64,000 nucleotides of DNA from an uncultured delta proteobacterium (GCA_963789265.1 CAWBKB010000006.1:96001-160000), one strand, 5' to 3'. Positions 50,897-61,444 are shown, counted from the first letter of the stretch. Made by a program: numbers and translations. The notes: a model not told the origin generated them from the sequence alone.

Positions 50897-51752
50897 TTAA
50901 CTGTAATCGTAAAAGCCCTTGCCGGACTTGCGACCCAAGCGCCCAGCTCGCACCATCTTCTTCAGTAGGGCCGGTGACCTATATTTGGGGTCGCCAAACT
51001 CTTCGTAAAGATGCTCTTGAACCATGAGCAACGTGTCCAATCCCACGAGGTCCGCCAGGGCCAGGGGACCCATAGGATGATTCGCACCCAACTTCATTCC
51101 TTCGTCTATTTCGGCGGCAGTTGCAAGTCCTTCCTGAAAGACGAATATAGCCTCTATAATCATGGGGACCAGTATCCGGTTCACCACGAACCCCGGAGCT
51201 TCCTGGACTTCAATTGCACTTTTCCCCATCTTTCCCGCCAATCCCTTGATTACTGCGACCGTCTGATCGGAAGTTGCTATACCGCGAATCACTTCAACCA
51301 GTTTCATCACAGGAACCGGATTGAAAAAGTGCATTCCGATGAAACGATCGGGCCGGGAAGTAACGGAAGCTAATTCGGTTATGCTTAGCCCCGAAGTGTT
51401 GCTTGCAAAGATGGTAGATTCTCTTGCCGCGCCATCCAACTCCTTGTACATGGTCTTCTTGAGGTCCATGTTTTCAATAACCGCTTCGATGACCACATCC
51501 ACTTCCTTTGCGGTATCTGTCAAAGATAAATATCCGGTGATGCGTGAACGTATCGCGTCCGCATCCGAAGCGGTCATCTTGCCTTTTTCCGCCATGCGTT
51601 GGAGGTTTTTTTCAATGTTTGAGATTCCCTTTTCGAGGAATCTCGTCTCCACATCCATCAGGTTGACTTCGGAAACCGCTCTGCGCAGCCACTTGGGCTA
51701 TACCGGCGCCCATCAACCCCGCTCCGATAACCCCTATCTTTTTGATGTCCAT
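50897..51752 (-). CDS. hbd: 3-hydroxybutyryl-CoA dehydrogenase (frameshift ~51671)
   Basis: [40 protein letters not shown]. Confidence 0.9.
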
Positions 51753-52021
51753 CGACCTTTCTCCCTTCACATGGGATTGAAATTGCAAAATCACGTGGTT
51801 CTTTTCGGCAGGAAACCAGGACGTAGAGTCCTTCCTCGGCTCTGACACGGCACGCCCAGCGGAAAAGGATCATGATCCCCCGCTTGCCGCTGCCCCTCAT
51901 CAATCTGTGAAAACGAGTAGGTTGGGCCTGCTGAACCAAACATTAAGTGCATATCAGAGACATAACGATTGGGCAAGCAATTCCGCTACCTTGATGCAAC
52001 CATTACTTACGGACGGAAAAT

Positions 52022-52108
52022 TGTCATTGCGAGAAGCAAAGCGACGAAGCAATCTCAGTTCAGGACGCTCTCCAGAAATGAGATTGCTTCGCTTCACTCG
52101 CAATGACA
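52022..52108. repeat. GTCATTGCGAG-family palindromic doublet (also ~11331, ~17048, ~37219, ~61335)
   Basis: TGTCATTGCGAG...GAAGCAATCTC / GAGATTGCTTC...CTCGCAATGACA. Confidence 0.85.
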
Positions 52109-52271
52109 CCGGTTAGAACAGATCGATGACCAGGATAACTCAAAGGATACAGCTTCATTCCAACTTCGATGACAGAGATTACCAATTCATCGCACTACAC
52201 CCATGCAGCCATAAACAGAAATCTTCGACAAAATTCCAGAGGGGCGTCTTTCTTGGCGGGGCGTACGCCTA

Positions 52272-53606
52272 TCAAAGGCTCCCATACCTTTTCATCTTTC
52301 GCCAGAGAGTCGTCTTGTCAATACCCAGCTCAGTCGCGGTGGCTACTTTCCTCCCCCCGTTTCTCGCCAAGGCTTCCCCGATCACGCGGGCTTCAATTTC
52401 GGCTAGAGTCAAACCGGTTGCCAGAGCTTCTCCTTTGTCGCCGAGGTCTTTCAGTGCCGACGGGAGGTGACCAAGGCGTATGAGGCCCCCGTGGCAAAGT
52501 ATGAACGCATGCTCTACAGCGTTCTCCAACTCTCTGATGTTTCCAGGCCAGTTGTGACGCATAAAGGCGGCCAAGGCTTCTCGGGAAAGGCCCGCAATGT
52601 CTTTGCCTTTCAGCCGATTTAGGCGATCCACAAAATGCTGCGCAAGGAGCGGAACATCCTCGATTCTTTCCCGTAGAGGCGGCAACGGGAGCTTAAAAAC
52701 CTGCAACCGGTAATAAAGATCCTCACGGAACCCGCCCCCATGAACCATAGACTCGAGATCCTTGTTCGTCGCCGCAAGAATACGGGCATCGGAATTCAGA
52801 GTCTTGGTTCCTCCCAGAGGTTGAAAGCTCTTGTCCTGAAGTACCCGGAGCAGCCGGACTTGGAGTGCGGGGCTGACGTCTCCAATCTCGTCCAGAAAGA
52901 CCGTCCCGCCGTCAGCCTGCGCAAAACGGCCCGGTTTGTCCCGGGTCGCCCCGGTGAAGGCCCCCGCCTTATATCCGAATAGTTCGGATTCCAGAAGCGT
53001 GTCGGGAATGGCGCCACAGTTTACTACTACCAGAGGCTTGTTCCGGCGGGTTGACAGATTGTGGATCGCTTTTGCCATGAGCTCTTTGCCGGTGCCGCTT
53101 TCACCCTCGATCAAGATAGTGCTGTCGCTCCGCGCAACATCGGGCAATATGTTGAATATCTCCCGCATCTTCTGATTTCGGGAGATAATATCCTCAAAAC
53201 TAAAAGATTTTTCGACTTCCTTGCGAAGAGCTTCTACCAATGTCAGGTCGCGGAATGTTTCCACCCCTCCAAGTACCCGGCTACGCTCGTCCCTGAGCAC
53301 TGCTGTGCTGATGCTGATGGGTACTCGTTTGCCATCGGCCCTCACAATGAAAACCGCGTGATTCACCACCGGTTTGCCTGTGAGTATGGTTCGTTTCAAA
53401 GCGCAGTCAGCCTCGCATATTTCAGCGCGGAATACCTCGCAGCACGGCCTTCCGAGGGCTTCACGGACTGGAACCCCGGTTATCACCCGTGCGGCTCGAT
53501 TGAAGGATGTGATAATGAACTCATCGTCTACAGTGAATACACCATCTGCAATGGAGTTGAGAATCATTTTCATTTCAGCGGAATTGAGGTCTTTCCCCGA
53601 TGTCAT
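52272..53606 (-). CDS. PAS-domain sigma54 activator (OrpR-like), divergent from the orp-type cluster
   Basis: PAS with CCEVF...[19 protein letters not shown]. Confidence 0.9.
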   Translation of the reverse strand: MTSGKDLNSAEMKMILNSIADGVFTVDDEFIITSFNRAARVITGVPVREALGRPCCEVFRAEICEADCALKRTILTGKPVVNHAVFIVRADGKRVPISISTAVLRDERSRVLGGVETFRDLTLVEALRKEVEKSFSFEDIISRNQKMREIFNILPDVARSDSTILIEGESGTGKELMAKAIHNLSTRRNKPLVVVNCGAIPDTLLESELFGYKAGAFTGATRDKPGRFAQADGGTVFLDEIGDVSPALQVRLLRVLQDKSFQPLGGTKTLNSDARILAATNKDLESMVHGGGFREDLYYRLQVFKLPLPPLRERIEDVPLLAQHFVDRLNRLKGKDIAGLSREALAAFMRHNWPGNIRELENAVEHAFILCHGGLIRLGHLPSALKDLGDKGEALATGLTLAEIEARVIGEALARNGGRKVATATELGIDKTTLWRKMKRYGSL

Positions 53607-53631
53607 GTTGAACCCGGCTTGTTAGAGTTTA

Positions 53632-53673
53632 TGCAAATTGCAAATATGATACCTCCCAAGGGTGCATGTTGCA
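53632..53673. promoter_or_regulatory. Candidate enhancer sites
   Basis: TGCAAATTGCA (53632-53642) and TGCATGTTGCA (53663-53673), 31 bp apart. Confidence 0.55.
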
Positions 53674-53752
53674 ACCGGTTTGGCCCCTGATGGCCATCCG
53701 AGTAGAACACGGCTAGCTACCAAAACCTGCCAAATAGCCGTGAAAAGAAGAT

Positions 53753-53768
53753 TGGCACAAAAGTTGCT
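53753..53768 (+). promoter_or_regulatory. sigma54 -24/-12 promoter
   Basis: TGGCACAAAAGTTGCT consensus match, 23 bp before ATG 53791. Confidence 0.88.
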
Positions 53769-53790
53769 CCACTTGCTCGTGGGTGAAAAA

Positions 53791-54153
53791 ATGAGACTGG
53801 CTGTGCCCGAACATCAGGGGAGAATAGCCCCCGTCTTCGACTGTTGCAGACGATTGATAATCGTCTTGCAGCGCCCGCTGGAGGATGAGCTGCTCCAAAA
53901 CGAGGACTGGTCATCCGTCTCCAGGCTGTATCGGCCGGCCCGGCTGGTGGACCTCAAGGTGGAATTGCTGGTGTGCGGCGGCATCAGTTGCTGGATGGAG
54001 GAACAGATTCGGCGACACGGCTTACGCTTGATTCCATGGGTTGCCGGAAACGTTCGGGAAGTCTTGGCCGCTTTGAGAGAGGGCAGGATCTGTGATCCTT
54101 GCTACACCATGCCCGGACGAGGGAAATGCAGGAGGAGAGGCCCGATAACATGA
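53791..54153 (+). CDS. NifB/NifX-like (MTH1175-fold) protein
   Basis: RLAVP..GRIAPVFD, LLVCGGIS, C-terminal MPG..C. Confidence 0.8.
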   Translation: MRLAVPEHQGRIAPVFDCCRRLIIVLQRPLEDELLQNEDWSSVSRLYRPARLVDLKVELLVCGGISCWMEEQIRRHGLRLIPWVAGNVREVLAALREGRICDPCYTMPGRGKCRRRGPIT

Positions 54154-54178
54154 AATCAATGGAGAAAGGAGCATAATC

Positions 54179-54505
54179 ATGCCCGGATTCGATAGAACAG
54201 GCCCATTTGGACACGGTCCCCGAAGCGGATGGGGCGCAGGTCTCTGCGGTGCGTCGGCACGTAGAGGGACCAGCGTATCAGAAGGTGATTCCCGTGGAAT
54301 CGGCCGTGGTGGGGCTCCTCGGGGCGGAGGAAGAGGTCGCTGCTTCGGTGGTCGAGGCACACGGTGGGGCTCGGGCCCTTTTGCCGGCGCGGCTCCTTTG
54401 TCTTCAACAGAGGAAACCGAAGCTCTGAAGGCCCAATTGGCAGCCAGGAAGAATGAACTGGCAGCCATGAAAGCTCGCCTGGAGGAGCTGGAGAAAAAAG
54501 AATAG
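54179..54505 (+). CDS. DUF5320-like Gly/Arg-rich protein with coiled-coil tail
   Basis: MPGFDRTGP.G.GP.SG.G.G.C start, coiled-coil end. Confidence 0.85.
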   Translation: MPGFDRTGPFGHGPRSGWGAGLCGASARRGTSVSEGDSRGIGRGGAPRGGGRGRCFGGRGTRWGSGPFAGAAPLSSTEETEALKAQLAARKNELAAMKARLEELEKKE

Positions 54506-54709
54506 GCAAGTTAGGGGGAGTCTTTCGGAGTCATGGGAGACTCGGAATTGGCAACCGGGTAAGCACTAATTCCAGGACGGGCTCCCATGGCCCCAAATTT
54601 CATTATTGATACCGGTTCACTACATCGCCGGCGGGTTGGTCGAGGGGTCGAATCTTCTCGGCCGCACCGAGCGGCAACGAAGAACTCAACGCGGGTAGGG
54701 ACAATAAAC

Positions 54710-55621
54710 ATGAACAAAGACGATAGCTGTTCAACCAAGGCTTCTTGCGGAGCGTGTTCCTCGGCTGGAACTTGCGATTCGCAGACGCAAGAGCAGCATA
54801 CTGAGGAACTCTTGAAAGCAAGGCTAGCTGAAATAAAACATCGCATCGCAGTCATGAGCGGCAAAGGCGGAGTGGGCAAGAGCACTGTGGCCGTAAATCT
54901 CGCCATGGCCCTGGCAGCACAGGGAAAGTCCGTTGGAATACTGGATGCTGACGTACACGGCCCGAACGTTCCCAAGATGCTGGGCCTTGACGGCCGGCGG
55001 CCTATGATGGGGGAAAGTGGGCTCATCCCTATTGTTGCGGCCAATAATGTGCGAGTTATGTCCATGGCCTTCATGCTGCCCGACGAGGACACTCCTGTAG
55101 TGTGGCGAGGTCCTGTAAAGCATACACTCTTCAAGCAGTTCCTGGCAGAAGTGGATTGGGGAAAGCTCGACTACCTCATCGTAGATCTTCCGCCGGGGAC
55201 CGGCGACGAACCTTTGAGCATTGCCCAACTGTTGGGCAAGCCCTTGTGGGCGGTTGTCGTGACCACACCGCAAGATGTCGCTCTTCTGGATTCACGAAAA
55301 TCAGTTGTCTTTGCACGCAATGTTGACATGAACCCATTGGGAATCGTCGAAAACATGAGCGGCCTGGTCTGTCCACACTGTGGCGAACGGATCGACCTTT
55401 TCAAGACAGGCGGAGGAGAGAGGTCCGCACGGGATTTGATGGTGCCGTTTCTCGGAGCCATTCCTATCGACCCGACAGTGGTGACCGGCGGAGATGCGGG
55501 AATCCCAGTATCTGTGATGAATTCCGATTCAGGCACTTCGAAGGCGTTTCGTACTCTCGCAATCGAAATTCAGACGGCAATCGAGGGCGACACAACCGGA
55601 AAAGTCCAGATCTCGGCGTAA
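54710..55621 (+). CDS. Mrp/NBP35 (ApbC) Fe-S carrier ATPase
   Basis: GKGGVGKST, DADVHGP, WRGP, DLPPGTGDE, ENMSG..CPHC. Confidence 0.95.
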   Translation: MNKDDSCSTKASCGACSSAGTCDSQTQEQHTEELLKARLAEIKHRIAVMSGKGGVGKSTVAVNLAMALAAQGKSVGILDADVHGPNVPKMLGLDGRRPMMGESGLIPIVAANNVRVMSMAFMLPDEDTPVVWRGPVKHTLFKQFLAEVDWGKLDYLIVDLPPGTGDEPLSIAQLLGKPLWAVVVTTPQDVALLDSRKSVVFARNVDMNPLGIVENMSGLVCPHCGERIDLFKTGGGERSARDLMVPFLGAIPIDPTVVTGGDAGIPVSVMNSDSGTSKAFRTLAIEIQTAIEGDTTGKVQISA

Positions 55622-55690
55622 TCGAAGCCTCAAGCCGAGACCGAATACACCGGCAGAAATATCATCTACATTTCAGAGGAGATACCAAGT

Positions 55691-56071
55691 ATGCAAAAGA
55701 CAGTAGCTATCCCATCCATGAATCCTGGTGGGCTTGAGGCCATGAGGGCAGGGCACTTCGGACACTGCGAGGTTTTCACACTTGTTCATGTAGAAGACGG
55801 TGAAGTCCGAGACGTAACTGTGGTGCAAAATCCACCTCACGTCCAGGGCGGGTGTCAGGGGCCGGTAAACCTTCTTCACCAAAGCGGCGCTCATGCAATT
55901 GTCGTCGGCGGCATCGGCATGCGGCCTCTCATGGGATTTCAGCAGATGGGGATTGAAGTCTATTACGGGCCCGAAGGGGAAACAGTCGGCACAGTGGTGG
56001 ATCACCTCATCCAGGGCCGCCTTCAACTGATTGCGGAGAACCAGGTTTGCGGCGGCGGCTTCATGCCGTGA
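55691..56071 (+). CDS. NifB/NifX family protein
   Basis: HFGHCEVF, HVQGGC, GGIGMRP, C-terminal CGGG. Confidence 0.88.
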   Translation: MQKTVAIPSMNPGGLEAMRAGHFGHCEVFTLVHVEDGEVRDVTVVQNPPHVQGGCQGPVNLLHQSGAHAIVVGGIGMRPLMGFQQMGIEVYYGPEGETVGTVVDHLIQGRLQLIAENQVCGGGFMP

Positions 56072-56087
56072 AGCCAAGGAGACAACG

Positions 56088-56447
56088 ATGAAGATCGCGA
56101 TTACTTCCACGGGGAGAGAACTGGACTCACCCGTTGACCCCCGCTTCGGGAGGGCTCAGTACATCCTGATCGTGGAGCAAGACGGCACTCTGGTTGAGAC
56201 AGTAGACAATTCCCAGAGGTTCAATGCACTGAGCGGAGCCGGAATCCAAGCAGGGAAACTGCTCGCAGACCGGAAGGTTGATATTCTGATCACCGGCCAC
56301 TGCGGCCCCAATGCCTTCAAAACGCTTAAGGCTGCGGGAATCAAGGTGGTGGTAGAGCAATCCGGTTCGGTGAGGGAGGCTTTGGAACGTTTTCAAAGCG
56401 GGACAGTAGCATTCTCCAGTCAGCCTAACGTGGAGGCCCATTGGTAG
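56088..56447 (+). CDS. Orange protein (Orp)-like NifB/NifX family protein
   Basis: VDPRFGRA, GAGIQA, TGHCGPNAF, C-terminal PNVEAHW. Confidence 0.88.
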   Translation: MKIAITSTGRELDSPVDPRFGRAQYILIVEQDGTLVETVDNSQRFNALSGAGIQAGKLLADRKVDILITGHCGPNAFKTLKAAGIKVVVEQSGSVREALERFQSGTVAFSSQPNVEAHW

Positions 56448-56608
56448 TCGGCTGGAGCCTGTTAATCTGTCCAGTCGCATATAGTGCCCTCCCGTCGACA
56501 GGGATGGAAAAGGTTGAGCTAAGTTTCTCTACCCTTAATTGATGGTTCGGCCTTTTCTCATCCCATGTGACTACAAATCCCCACTCGGGGGAGTAGCCGG
56601 ACGTCTTC

Positions 56609-56783
56609 GAGCGGTTTTCGAAAGAATTATTGTCTTACCCAATGCGTGTTGGCATCCGGTTAACATTGGTGGGACAGGCTTCCAGCCTGTCGCTGACGGA
56701 CGGGCAAGATGCCCATCCCCACTGCAAGATGCCTGTCGCCACCAAAACATCCTTGTTCCGGTGATTACTTTTGGGAATCACTG
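56609..56783. repeat. Degenerate MITE-like element with GTGGGACAGGCTTCCAGCCTGTC palindromes inside the orp cluster
   Basis: Shares TTAC.CAATGC, the palindrome and GTGATTACTTT segments with 45826-46062. Confidence 0.6.
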
Positions 56784-56828
56784 GAACAAGGGTGCACGAT
56801 TAGCCGTTAATCAGCGAGTAGCGAAAGT

Positions 56829-57698
56829 ATGATTGTAAGTGTTGCAAGCGGAAAAGGCGGCACAGGAAAAACTACTGTTGCGACGAGCCTTGCGGCGGTT
56901 CTGGGAAGCCGATCTCAGCTTCTCGACTGTGACGTGGAGGAGCCCAATTGCCACGTCCTCATGAAGCCGATCATTCGGACGAGCGAAGTGGTAAACGTTC
57001 CGGTTCCCGTCGTGGAAATGGAAAAATGCACCCTGTGCGGCAAATGCGGAGAAGTATGTCGTTTTAGCGCAATCGTTCACATCGGCGACCAAGTACTCAC
57101 TTTCCCTGAGCTGTGTCACGGCTGTGGTGGATGCTCACTTCTTTGCCCTGAAAAAGCTATCCACGAAGGTGCCCGGGAACTTGGGGTCCTTGAATCCGGA
57201 TCGGCAGGACCGGTCGAGTTTGTTCAAGGAGTGCTCAGGATCGGAGAATCCATGTCTCCTCCGCTTATAAGAGCGGTGAAGTCAAGAATCAATCCCGAGA
57301 AAATAGCCATTCTCGATGCCCCTCCCGGCGCCTCGTGCCCGGTGATCAACACTGTCTCCGGCTCTGATTTCATCATTATGGTGACCGAGCCTACTCCATT
57401 CGGGGTACACGATTTGGACATGGCCGTCCGGGCGGTCGCTCAGCTCAACATTCCCATCGGAGTGGTATTGAACCAAGCGGACATCGGAGACACGGAAGTG
57501 GAATCCTTTTGCGCTCGGCAGGGTATCCCGATCCTTGCAAGAATTCCCCACAACCGAAAGATCGCGGAAGGGTATGCAAGAGGAGATCTGCTTGTAACGT
57601 CGGCTCCCAACCACATAAGTCTGTTCCTGGAAATGATTCAGACCATCCAAAGTCTGATCGGCAACCGGGAAAAAGCGGTCGGCATGGGTGTTCTATGA
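56829..57698 (+). CDS. P-loop ATPase with inserted 2x[4Fe-4S] ferredoxin (copy 1)
   Basis: GKGGTGKT, DCDVEEPN, CTLCGKC/CHGCGGC, VTEPTPFG. Confidence 0.92.
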   Translation: MIVSVASGKGGTGKTTVATSLAAVLGSRSQLLDCDVEEPNCHVLMKPIIRTSEVVNVPVPVVEMEKCTLCGKCGEVCRFSAIVHIGDQVLTFPELCHGCGGCSLLCPEKAIHEGARELGVLESGSAGPVEFVQGVLRIGESMSPPLIRAVKSRINPEKIAILDAPPGASCPVINTVSGSDFIIMVTEPTPFGVHDLDMAVRAVAQLNIPIGVVLNQADIGDTEVESFCARQGIPILARIPHNRKIAEGYARGDLLVTSAPNHISLFLEMIQTIQSLIGNREKAVGMGVL

Positions 57699-58561
57699 AA
57701 GAATTGGTCCTGATCAGCGGTAAGGGCGGGACAGGCAAGACGACGCTCACTGCGGCCTTCGCATATCTAGCTCGAAACAAAGTTCTTGCCGATTGCGATG
57801 TGGATGCCCCGGACCTGCATATTCTTGCACAGCCCGAAATCATCCAAAGAGAAGACTTTCGAGGCGGGATCAAGGCGTATATCGACGGCCAGAAGTGCGT
57901 TCAGTGCGGGGCCTGCATCGAGGGGTGCCGCTTCAAGGCCATTTCCGATGAATTTCACGTGAATCCGTTGGCTTGTGAAGGTTGTGGAGTCTGCTCTCAT
58001 CTTTGTCCTGAGTCGGCAATAATATTGAAAGAAGCCGTGAATGGCACCTGGTACATTTCTCAAACACGTTTCGGACCCATGGTTCACGCTTCGTTGTTTC
58101 CCGGCGAGGAGAATTCGGGCAAATTGGTCGCACTGGTGCGAAATCAGGCAAAAGTACTGGCCGGGAAAAGGCAAAGCAAATTAATACTTGTGGATGGGGC
58201 GCCCGGGGTCGGTTGCCCCGTGATTTCATCGGTCACTGGAGCGGATCATGTCATCATAGTCACAGAGCCGACGCTCTCCGGGCTCCACGATATGAAACGT
58301 GCGTTGCAGCTAGTCCAGGGCTTCAGGATTCATGCATCGGTCATCATCAACAAATGGGACATAAATCCTGAGGTAACAGAGCGGATCGAAGAATCATCCG
58401 AAAGAAAAGGCGCTAATGTCGTCGGCCGCATTCCGTACGATCCTGATGTCGTCAAGGCGCTGGTACAGAGGCGATCTGTCGCCGAAAATGGAACTTCTCC
58501 GGCAGCGGACAGCATCCGAGAGATATGGGACCGGCTTGAAGCCGATTTTTTCGTGGAGTAA
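57695..58561 (+). CDS. P-loop ATPase with inserted 2x[4Fe-4S] ferredoxin (copy 2)
   Basis: GKGGTGKT, DCDVDA, CVQCGAC/CEGCGVC, ENSGKLV, GCPVISS. Confidence 0.92.
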   Translation: MKELVLISGKGGTGKTTLTAAFAYLARNKVLADCDVDAPDLHILAQPEIIQREDFRGGIKAYIDGQKCVQCGACIEGCRFKAISDEFHVNPLACEGCGVCSHLCPESAIILKEAVNGTWYISQTRFGPMVHASLFPGEENSGKLVALVRNQAKVLAGKRQSKLILVDGAPGVGCPVISSVTGADHVIIVTEPTLSGLHDMKRALQLVQGFRIHASVIINKWDINPEVTERIEESSERKGANVVGRIPYDPDVVKALVQRRSVAENGTSPAADSIREIWDRLEADFFVE

Positions 58562-58566
58562 GACTT

Positions 58567-58887
58567 GTGAACGTGTTTGACCTTGAAGAGGAAGTCCGAC
58601 AGGCCTTGGCCCAAGTCATTGACCCCGAGACAGGCTTGAGTATCATGCGCATGGACCTCATTCACAATGTTGAAGCAACGCGGGACGGATCGGTGAGCCT
58701 GATCTTCCGCCCTTCTTCGCCTATTTGTCCGATGGCGTATTCCTTGGCGAATTCCGTCAAAAAGAAAGTCGAGGCAATAAAGCACGTAAAGTCGGTCAAA
58801 ATAGCCGTAGAAAACTTTGAGAAGGCCGAGCACCTGGAGGGCCTTTTGAATTCAGCGAATACTTATTTATATCGAAAGGATGGTTAA
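58567..58887 (+). CDS. DUF59 (SufT/PaaD-like) Fe-S maturation protein
   Basis: VIDPETG, SPICPMA. Confidence 0.88.
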   Translation: MNVFDLEEEVRQALAQVIDPETGLSIMRMDLIHNVEATRDGSVSLIFRPSSPICPMAYSLANSVKKKVEAIKHVKSVKIAVENFEKAEHLEGLLNSANTYLYRKDG

Positions 58888-59132
58888 TGCCTATCTACGA
58901 ATACCGTTGTTCGGAATGCGGTCATGTGAGTGAGCTGCTCGTGGGAATCGGAAGAAACTCCGATGATCTCGTCTGTTCCTCTTGCGGCGGATCACAGCTC
59001 GAACAACTCATGTCCGCATCGGCCTTTTCGATCAATAACGAGCCGGCCGGCCATGCCAAAGGCTCCACATGCTGTGGAAGCAATCCATCGAGCAAGGGTT
59101 GCATTCCGGGGAGTTGCTGCGGTTCTTCCTAA
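58887..59132 (+). CDS. FmdB-family zinc-ribbon protein
   Basis: MPIYEYRCSECG...CSSCG, Cys-rich tail. Confidence 0.9.
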   Translation: MPIYEYRCSECGHVSELLVGIGRNSDDLVCSSCGGSQLEQLMSASAFSINNEPAGHAKGSTCCGSNPSSKGCIPGSCCGSS

Positions 59133-59571
59133 CGCCGCGGGATTAACTTCGTGAAGATAGCGCGAGCGAAGTTAGTCGGCACTACAGTGAGCTGCCTTGA
59201 AAATTGCGGAGCACCTGGGCATAGCATCACACGCGCTGACTTAACCGCGCGCGGAACACGGGGTTCCTCATAGGTGCTTGAATCTGTGGCGCAGACTTTC
59301 CAGTCGGCGGTTTCCTGTCTGAGATTAGGCGGACTGGAAAGTCCGCCCCACGAATCCAAGCGTCCCTATGGGAAGCGGAAACCGGTACATGATTGGTCGC
59401 TAACCCGGCAATCCCGCGTTCTGCGCGGGACCGGGCTACTCTCTGGAGCCCGCCTTGGGCTCGCAAGATTGCGAAGGATGCCTTATTTTAACGGCTATGT
59501 GATGCAGCCCCCTAAAGCAGGAAAGCCACTGAGGTTTGGTAGCCCCCATCATATCCAGTAAGGTCAAAAAG

Positions 59572-59988
59572 ATGAGCAGGGAAAAAGAAGTTTTTGATGA
59601 TATTGAAGGACTGATTCTCGAAGAGGCCCGAAAGACCTATTCTCCCGCGGTCATAGATCATTTTTTGAATCCCAGGAACGTCGGCGAACTGGAAAACCCC
59701 GATTGCTTCAATGCAATGAGCGGGATTTGCGGTGACACCATAGGGATTTACGTTAGACTTGATGAAGGTACAATCAAGCGCATCAGCTTCGTCACGAACG
59801 GGTGCGGCCCGACGATCGCCTGTTCGAGTGCGTTAACGTGCATGGCAGAGGGACTGAAGATTCAGGAAGCCCTGAAAATCACGAGTAGCAAACTGATGGA
59901 ATACCTCGGCGGCATGCCGGTGGAGCACACCCATTGCGCGGATCTGGCGGTGAATACTCTCCGCAGTGCCCTTGCAAAGGCCAGGTGA
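59572..59988 (+). CDS. IscU/NifU N-terminal-like scaffold
   Basis: DHFLNPRNVG, GICGDT, GCGPTIAC, HCADLA. Confidence 0.9.
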   Translation: MSREKEVFDDIEGLILEEARKTYSPAVIDHFLNPRNVGELENPDCFNAMSGICGDTIGIYVRLDEGTIKRISFVTNGCGPTIACSSALTCMAEGLKIQEALKITSSKLMEYLGGMPVEHTHCADLAVNTLRSALAKAR

Positions 59989-59991
59989 TAC

Positions 59992-60792
59992 ATGAGACTG
60001 AGGAAACGCATCATCGACATTCTTGAACCGTTGTGCGCAAGTCATGCGATTGGGGACGTGCGCATCGGGCTCGGGTACACGGCAGTCCAGCTCGATGACG
60101 GCAGCACCGGTGTCGCGTACACACTCGGAAGAGAGCTGTTCAGAGGCTGCACTGCGTTTGCCGGAAAAAGGCCCATTGCAGGCATACAGGCAACGGAAGC
60201 TCTTCACTATCTCAATTCCGAGGGTCTTGTGGAATCCGCTCTAGGGCTGGCGACGGCAAACGCAATGGCCAACCGGCTTTCTTCGAGCGGTATGACGGGC
60301 GATGTCTTGAAGGCCGTAGAGCTACTGTCAACTGACGCTGTTGCCATGATAGGGTTCTTTGCGCCATTGGTTTCGGCGCTCCAGGATCGGGTCGCGGACC
60401 TTGAGATCTTCGAGGAACGTACCGGGCTGATGCCGCATCTTCGGCCTTCTACCGAGGCGATTTCCGCGATGCCAAAGTATGATGTGGCATTCATCACGTC
60501 CACAACCATCATTAACGATACCGTCGACGATTTACTGGAAGCGGCCCGAGACTGTCGTGAGATTGTTCTCCTCGGCCCGTCTACTCCGTTGATTGCGGAA
60601 GCGTTTGAGGGCACTGCGGTAACATGCCTGTCAGGGGTTATTGTTGACGACGCCGACGGACTGTTGAGAGTGGTGAGCGAAGGTGGTGGTACCCGTCTTT
60701 TCCAACCCTTTGTCACGAAGCGAAATATTGCACTCCAGGGCCATCTTGCAGAAGCATCCACGGTGATTCGCCGTTCGGCGAAAAATACCTGA
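59992..60792 (+). CDS. DUF364/DUF4213 family protein
   Basis: DVRIGLGYTAV, LGLATANA, ITSTTIINDT, LGPSTP. Confidence 0.85.
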   Translation: MRLRKRIIDILEPLCASHAIGDVRIGLGYTAVQLDDGSTGVAYTLGRELFRGCTAFAGKRPIAGIQATEALHYLNSEGLVESALGLATANAMANRLSSSGMTGDVLKAVELLSTDAVAMIGFFAPLVSALQDRVADLEIFEERTGLMPHLRPSTEAISAMPKYDVAFITSTTIINDTVDDLLEAARDCREIVLLGPSTPLIAEAFEGTAVTCLSGVIVDDADGLLRVVSEGGGTRLFQPFVTKRNIALQGHLAEASTVIRRSAKNT

Positions 60793-60851
60793 CCGACCTG
60801 CCACTGGATTAGAACTCGCCTAATCCTGCACATAATAATGAAGGTGTGAGA

Positions 60852-61268
60852 ATGAAGAAAGCTTCTGAAAATGCGAGGCTCAGGGCAATCGTGTTGGCAG
60901 ATGAGCCGCTACGGGCCTCAGACCTTGTTGAACGCCTCTCGAAACGGGGTATCTCTGCAACCGTGAGAACCGACGCTGACGAGGTCCTCGACGAATGCCG
61001 TAAGAATCCCCCGCAGCTTGTGATCGTCGAGAGCGCTTTGGCCACCATGACTGGAGTTCGCTTCCTGGCGGAGTTGCTTAAGGTTTCGTGGAAGACCGCC
61101 ACAATTCTTATAGCCGATCAAGAAGAGGAAGCCATTCACGACCAAACCGAAGGACTTGGAATTCTCGGCTCCATCAGGACGACGGACGACATCGAGGGGC
61201 TGGAGAGACTCCTCGACAGGTTTTTTGAAATTGCCTCGGCCAATCAGGAGATTACCGCTAAAGACTAA
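60852..61268 (+). CDS. Pseudo-receiver domain protein
   Basis: REC-like pattern with Glu (LVIVE) at the phospho-Asp position and no KP motif. Confidence 0.65.
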   Translation: MKKASENARLRAIVLADEPLRASDLVERLSKRGISATVRTDADEVLDECRKNPPQLVIVESALATMTGVRFLAELLKVSWKTATILIADQEEEAIHDQTEGLGILGSIRTTDDIEGLERLLDRFFEIASANQEITAKD

Positions 61269-61292
61269 ATGGGCAACAGCGGACTAAGTTCA

Positions 61293-61444
61293 GAGTTTCA
61301 CAAGTACGGTGACGTCAAGACCCGGTAAGGGAGAAGATTGCTTCGCTACGCTCGCAATGACAGGTAGTGGAAATGTCATTGCGAGGAATGAAATGACGAA
61401 GCAATCTCCACGGTGAAGATCCGCGACCGTATCTACGAAAACCC
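61293..61444. mobile_element. MITE-like element (TTTCACAA.TACGGT-type end) enclosing a GTCATTGCGAG doublet
   Basis: GAGTTTCACAAGTACGGT ... ACCGTATCTACGAAAACCC; the left end resembles the end of the 34168 repeat. Confidence 0.5.

Noticed and set aside
54520..54600. Hairpin CATGGGAG...CTCCCATG between the DUF5320-like and mrp genes as an ncRNA
   Set aside because: Single imperfect stem with no family signature or second copy in the window.
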